Shown here piece after piece: positions 26,916 through 28,218 of a DNA stretch of 28,218 nucleotides. Location: NCBI GenBank assembly GCA_964636085.1, contig CAZWPQ010000005.1, positions 1 through 28,218 of the forward strand. The letters run 5' to 3'. The stretch comes from an uncultured Nitrososphaerota archaeon. Its GTDB lineage: Archaea; Asgardarchaeota; Njordarchaeia; Njordarchaeales; Panguiarchaeaceae. The notes below the pieces were generated by a model. The model worked only from the letters and a program-made list of their open reading frames with translations, made no database searches and was not told the DNA's origin. How positions within the stretch are numbered: position 1 is the stretch's first letter; every line of letters begins with the position of its first letter. The position numbers were made by a program, and so were the translations under genes.

Positions 26916-28217
26916 TCAGATAGAATACCACTGTCTTTCTAATTCGTACGGATTCACTCCAAGCTTTCTCCTTATGGCCCTAGCAACCTTAACATTCATA
27001 TGAATAAGCCTTCTGTATACCTTTGATCTTATTTCTCTCACAAGGGAGACGACAGTATTCCTGTCCCCCTCTATAGTCAATTCCGAGATATAATACCATT
27101 CACGCGACATTAATTGTGAGATGGCGACAATCAAGAGAATGAGAAATAGTAGGGGGCCTATGACCGGAATTATTATCACGAAAAAGGACAGAAGGACGAG
27201 GACAATAAAGTCTCTAATTTTCTCATCCTCAGATTTTCCAGTCAATGGTTGAAGCGTCTCCATGACTGATAATTCTCCCCAGCAAGGATACTTCATCGTC
27301 CATGTTCTACCAATTTTTCTATAGATAATTCTCCTAAGAGCCTCCTTCTTAGTTAGTCTACATGCCGATTTATATGTCTGCGATATTAGTATGGCTTCCG
27401 ATATGTCACTAAGTTTAATTGATGATGGATATGCTGCTGTTTTGTATGATCTCAGTTTCCTCACAGTTGCATATAACTTCACTCTAATCTTTTCCCCTAG
27501 TAAAAGGGGTCTTGGCTTCTCTTCTACCGTGATATGTTGCACAGGCGGAGCTACAGGTGCTACTGGCTTCGAAACCTCAGTTCTAGGCACCATCCTTAAT
27601 GGGGCTTCTTTCGATTCTTCTAGGATTTCTTTTCCGAATCCTAGGAGATTTATTTGTCTAAAGAATTCCCGTATCCTAGCCGGATCCCTAGACCTTGCTA
27701 TGGATTCCTCATAGGCCCTCTTCGCCGCATTCTTGAGTATTCTCATCTGCTCATCTACTGGGAATATGTATAAGAGGCTGGAAATCTCTTTACTTAATAG
27801 TCCACTCAGAAGACCCCCCGTTTGTCCCTTGAGGACATCCGCCCATGAATCGTGGGGGAGCCTAAAGGAGTACCTAGGCGTTCTGGCCAAGTATCTACAC
27901 ACCTTGTCTAATGTATCACTTTGTAGCAATATCGCCCTAGATGGGGCATTTATACCCCTGATTTCGCGTGTGCATTCTACAAACACAGCGTTAAATAGAT
28001 CTTGATGCATTTCATATTCAGGCATGTTTCTCATTATCATTAACGTTAATAGGACTTCTTTTCTGTCCTCCTTATCTCCCAATACATTCCACAGGATCCT
28101 ATCCACGTATTCGAGCATGCCTTCTGGTATCCTCTTAGCAAAGTCAACATCTAGTTTGGTTTTTCTAGCGATGGTTAGATCTCTTATTACCTGCCAGATA
28201 TACACGGGCAAATTTTT
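26916..28217 (-). CDS. Hypothetical protein with Pro-rich linker and TM hairpin; probably 5'-truncated by window edge
   Basis: The frame stays open past TTG 28211 to the edge; helical N-terminal part, KPVAPVAPPVQ linker, hydrophobic FIVLVLLSFFVIIIPVIGPLLFLILLIVAI. Confidence 0.75.
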   Translation of the reverse strand, partial: KNLPVYIWQVIRDLTIARKTKLDVDFAKRIPEGMLEYVDRILWNVLGDKEDRKEVLLTLMIMRNMPEYEMHQDLFNAVFVECTREIRGINAPSRAILLQSDTLDKVCRYLARTPRYSFRLPHDSWADVLKGQTGGLLSGLLSKEISSLLYIFPVDEQMRILKNAAKRAYEESIARSRDPARIREFFRQINLLGFGKEILEESKEAPLRMVPRTEVSKPVAPVAPPVQHITVEEKPRPLLLGEKIRVKLYATVRKLRSYKTAAYPSSIKLSDISEAILISQTYKSACRLTKKEALRRIIYRKIGRTWTMKYPCWGELSVMETLQPLTGKSEDEKIRDFIVLVLLSFFVIIIPVIGPLLFLILLIVAISQLMSREWYYISELTIEGDRNTVVSLVREIRSKVYRRLIHMNVKVARAIRRKLGVNPYELERQWYSI

Positions 28218-28218
28218 T

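Noticed and set aside
1-28218. CRISPR arrays, tRNA/rRNA, IS elements, integrases, selenoprotein read-through
   Set aside because: No regularly spaced repeats, GC-rich structured RNA islands, transposase motifs or in-frame TGA at catalytic positions seen by eye

Overview
Gene-dense archaeal chromosomal segment with BRE/TATA promoters and GGTG/GGGG ribosome-binding sites. No rRNA, tRNA, CRISPR or mobile element was seen. A full longin+DENN-like protein points to an Asgard-type lineage (inference). Main themes: (1) proteolysis: a secreted clostripain (C11) running off the left edge and missing from the ORF track, a 2008-aa membrane-anchored gingipain-like (C25) protease on a long beta-helical stalk, and an M20 peptidase; (2) energy conservation: K+-independent H+-pyrophosphatase, a stand-alone nuoM-nuoN pair, and a hydrogenase maturation protease; (3) housekeeping: HhH-GPD glycosylase, B3/4 protein, single-OB SSB, ClC-CBS, HD hydrolase. 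Two candidate novel systems stand out. The first is a two-gene operon joining a stand-alone 7TM receptor-like protein to a longin-cDENN-dDENN-like protein, a possible membrane receptor/small-GTPase regulator module. The second is a tandem winged-helix regulator fused to a catalytically degenerate M29 aminopeptidase-like domain. It is divergent from the clostripain gene, has candidate operator palindromes, and its C-terminus appears cut short at an A9 tract. All family calls are from motif recognition by eye; no searches were run.
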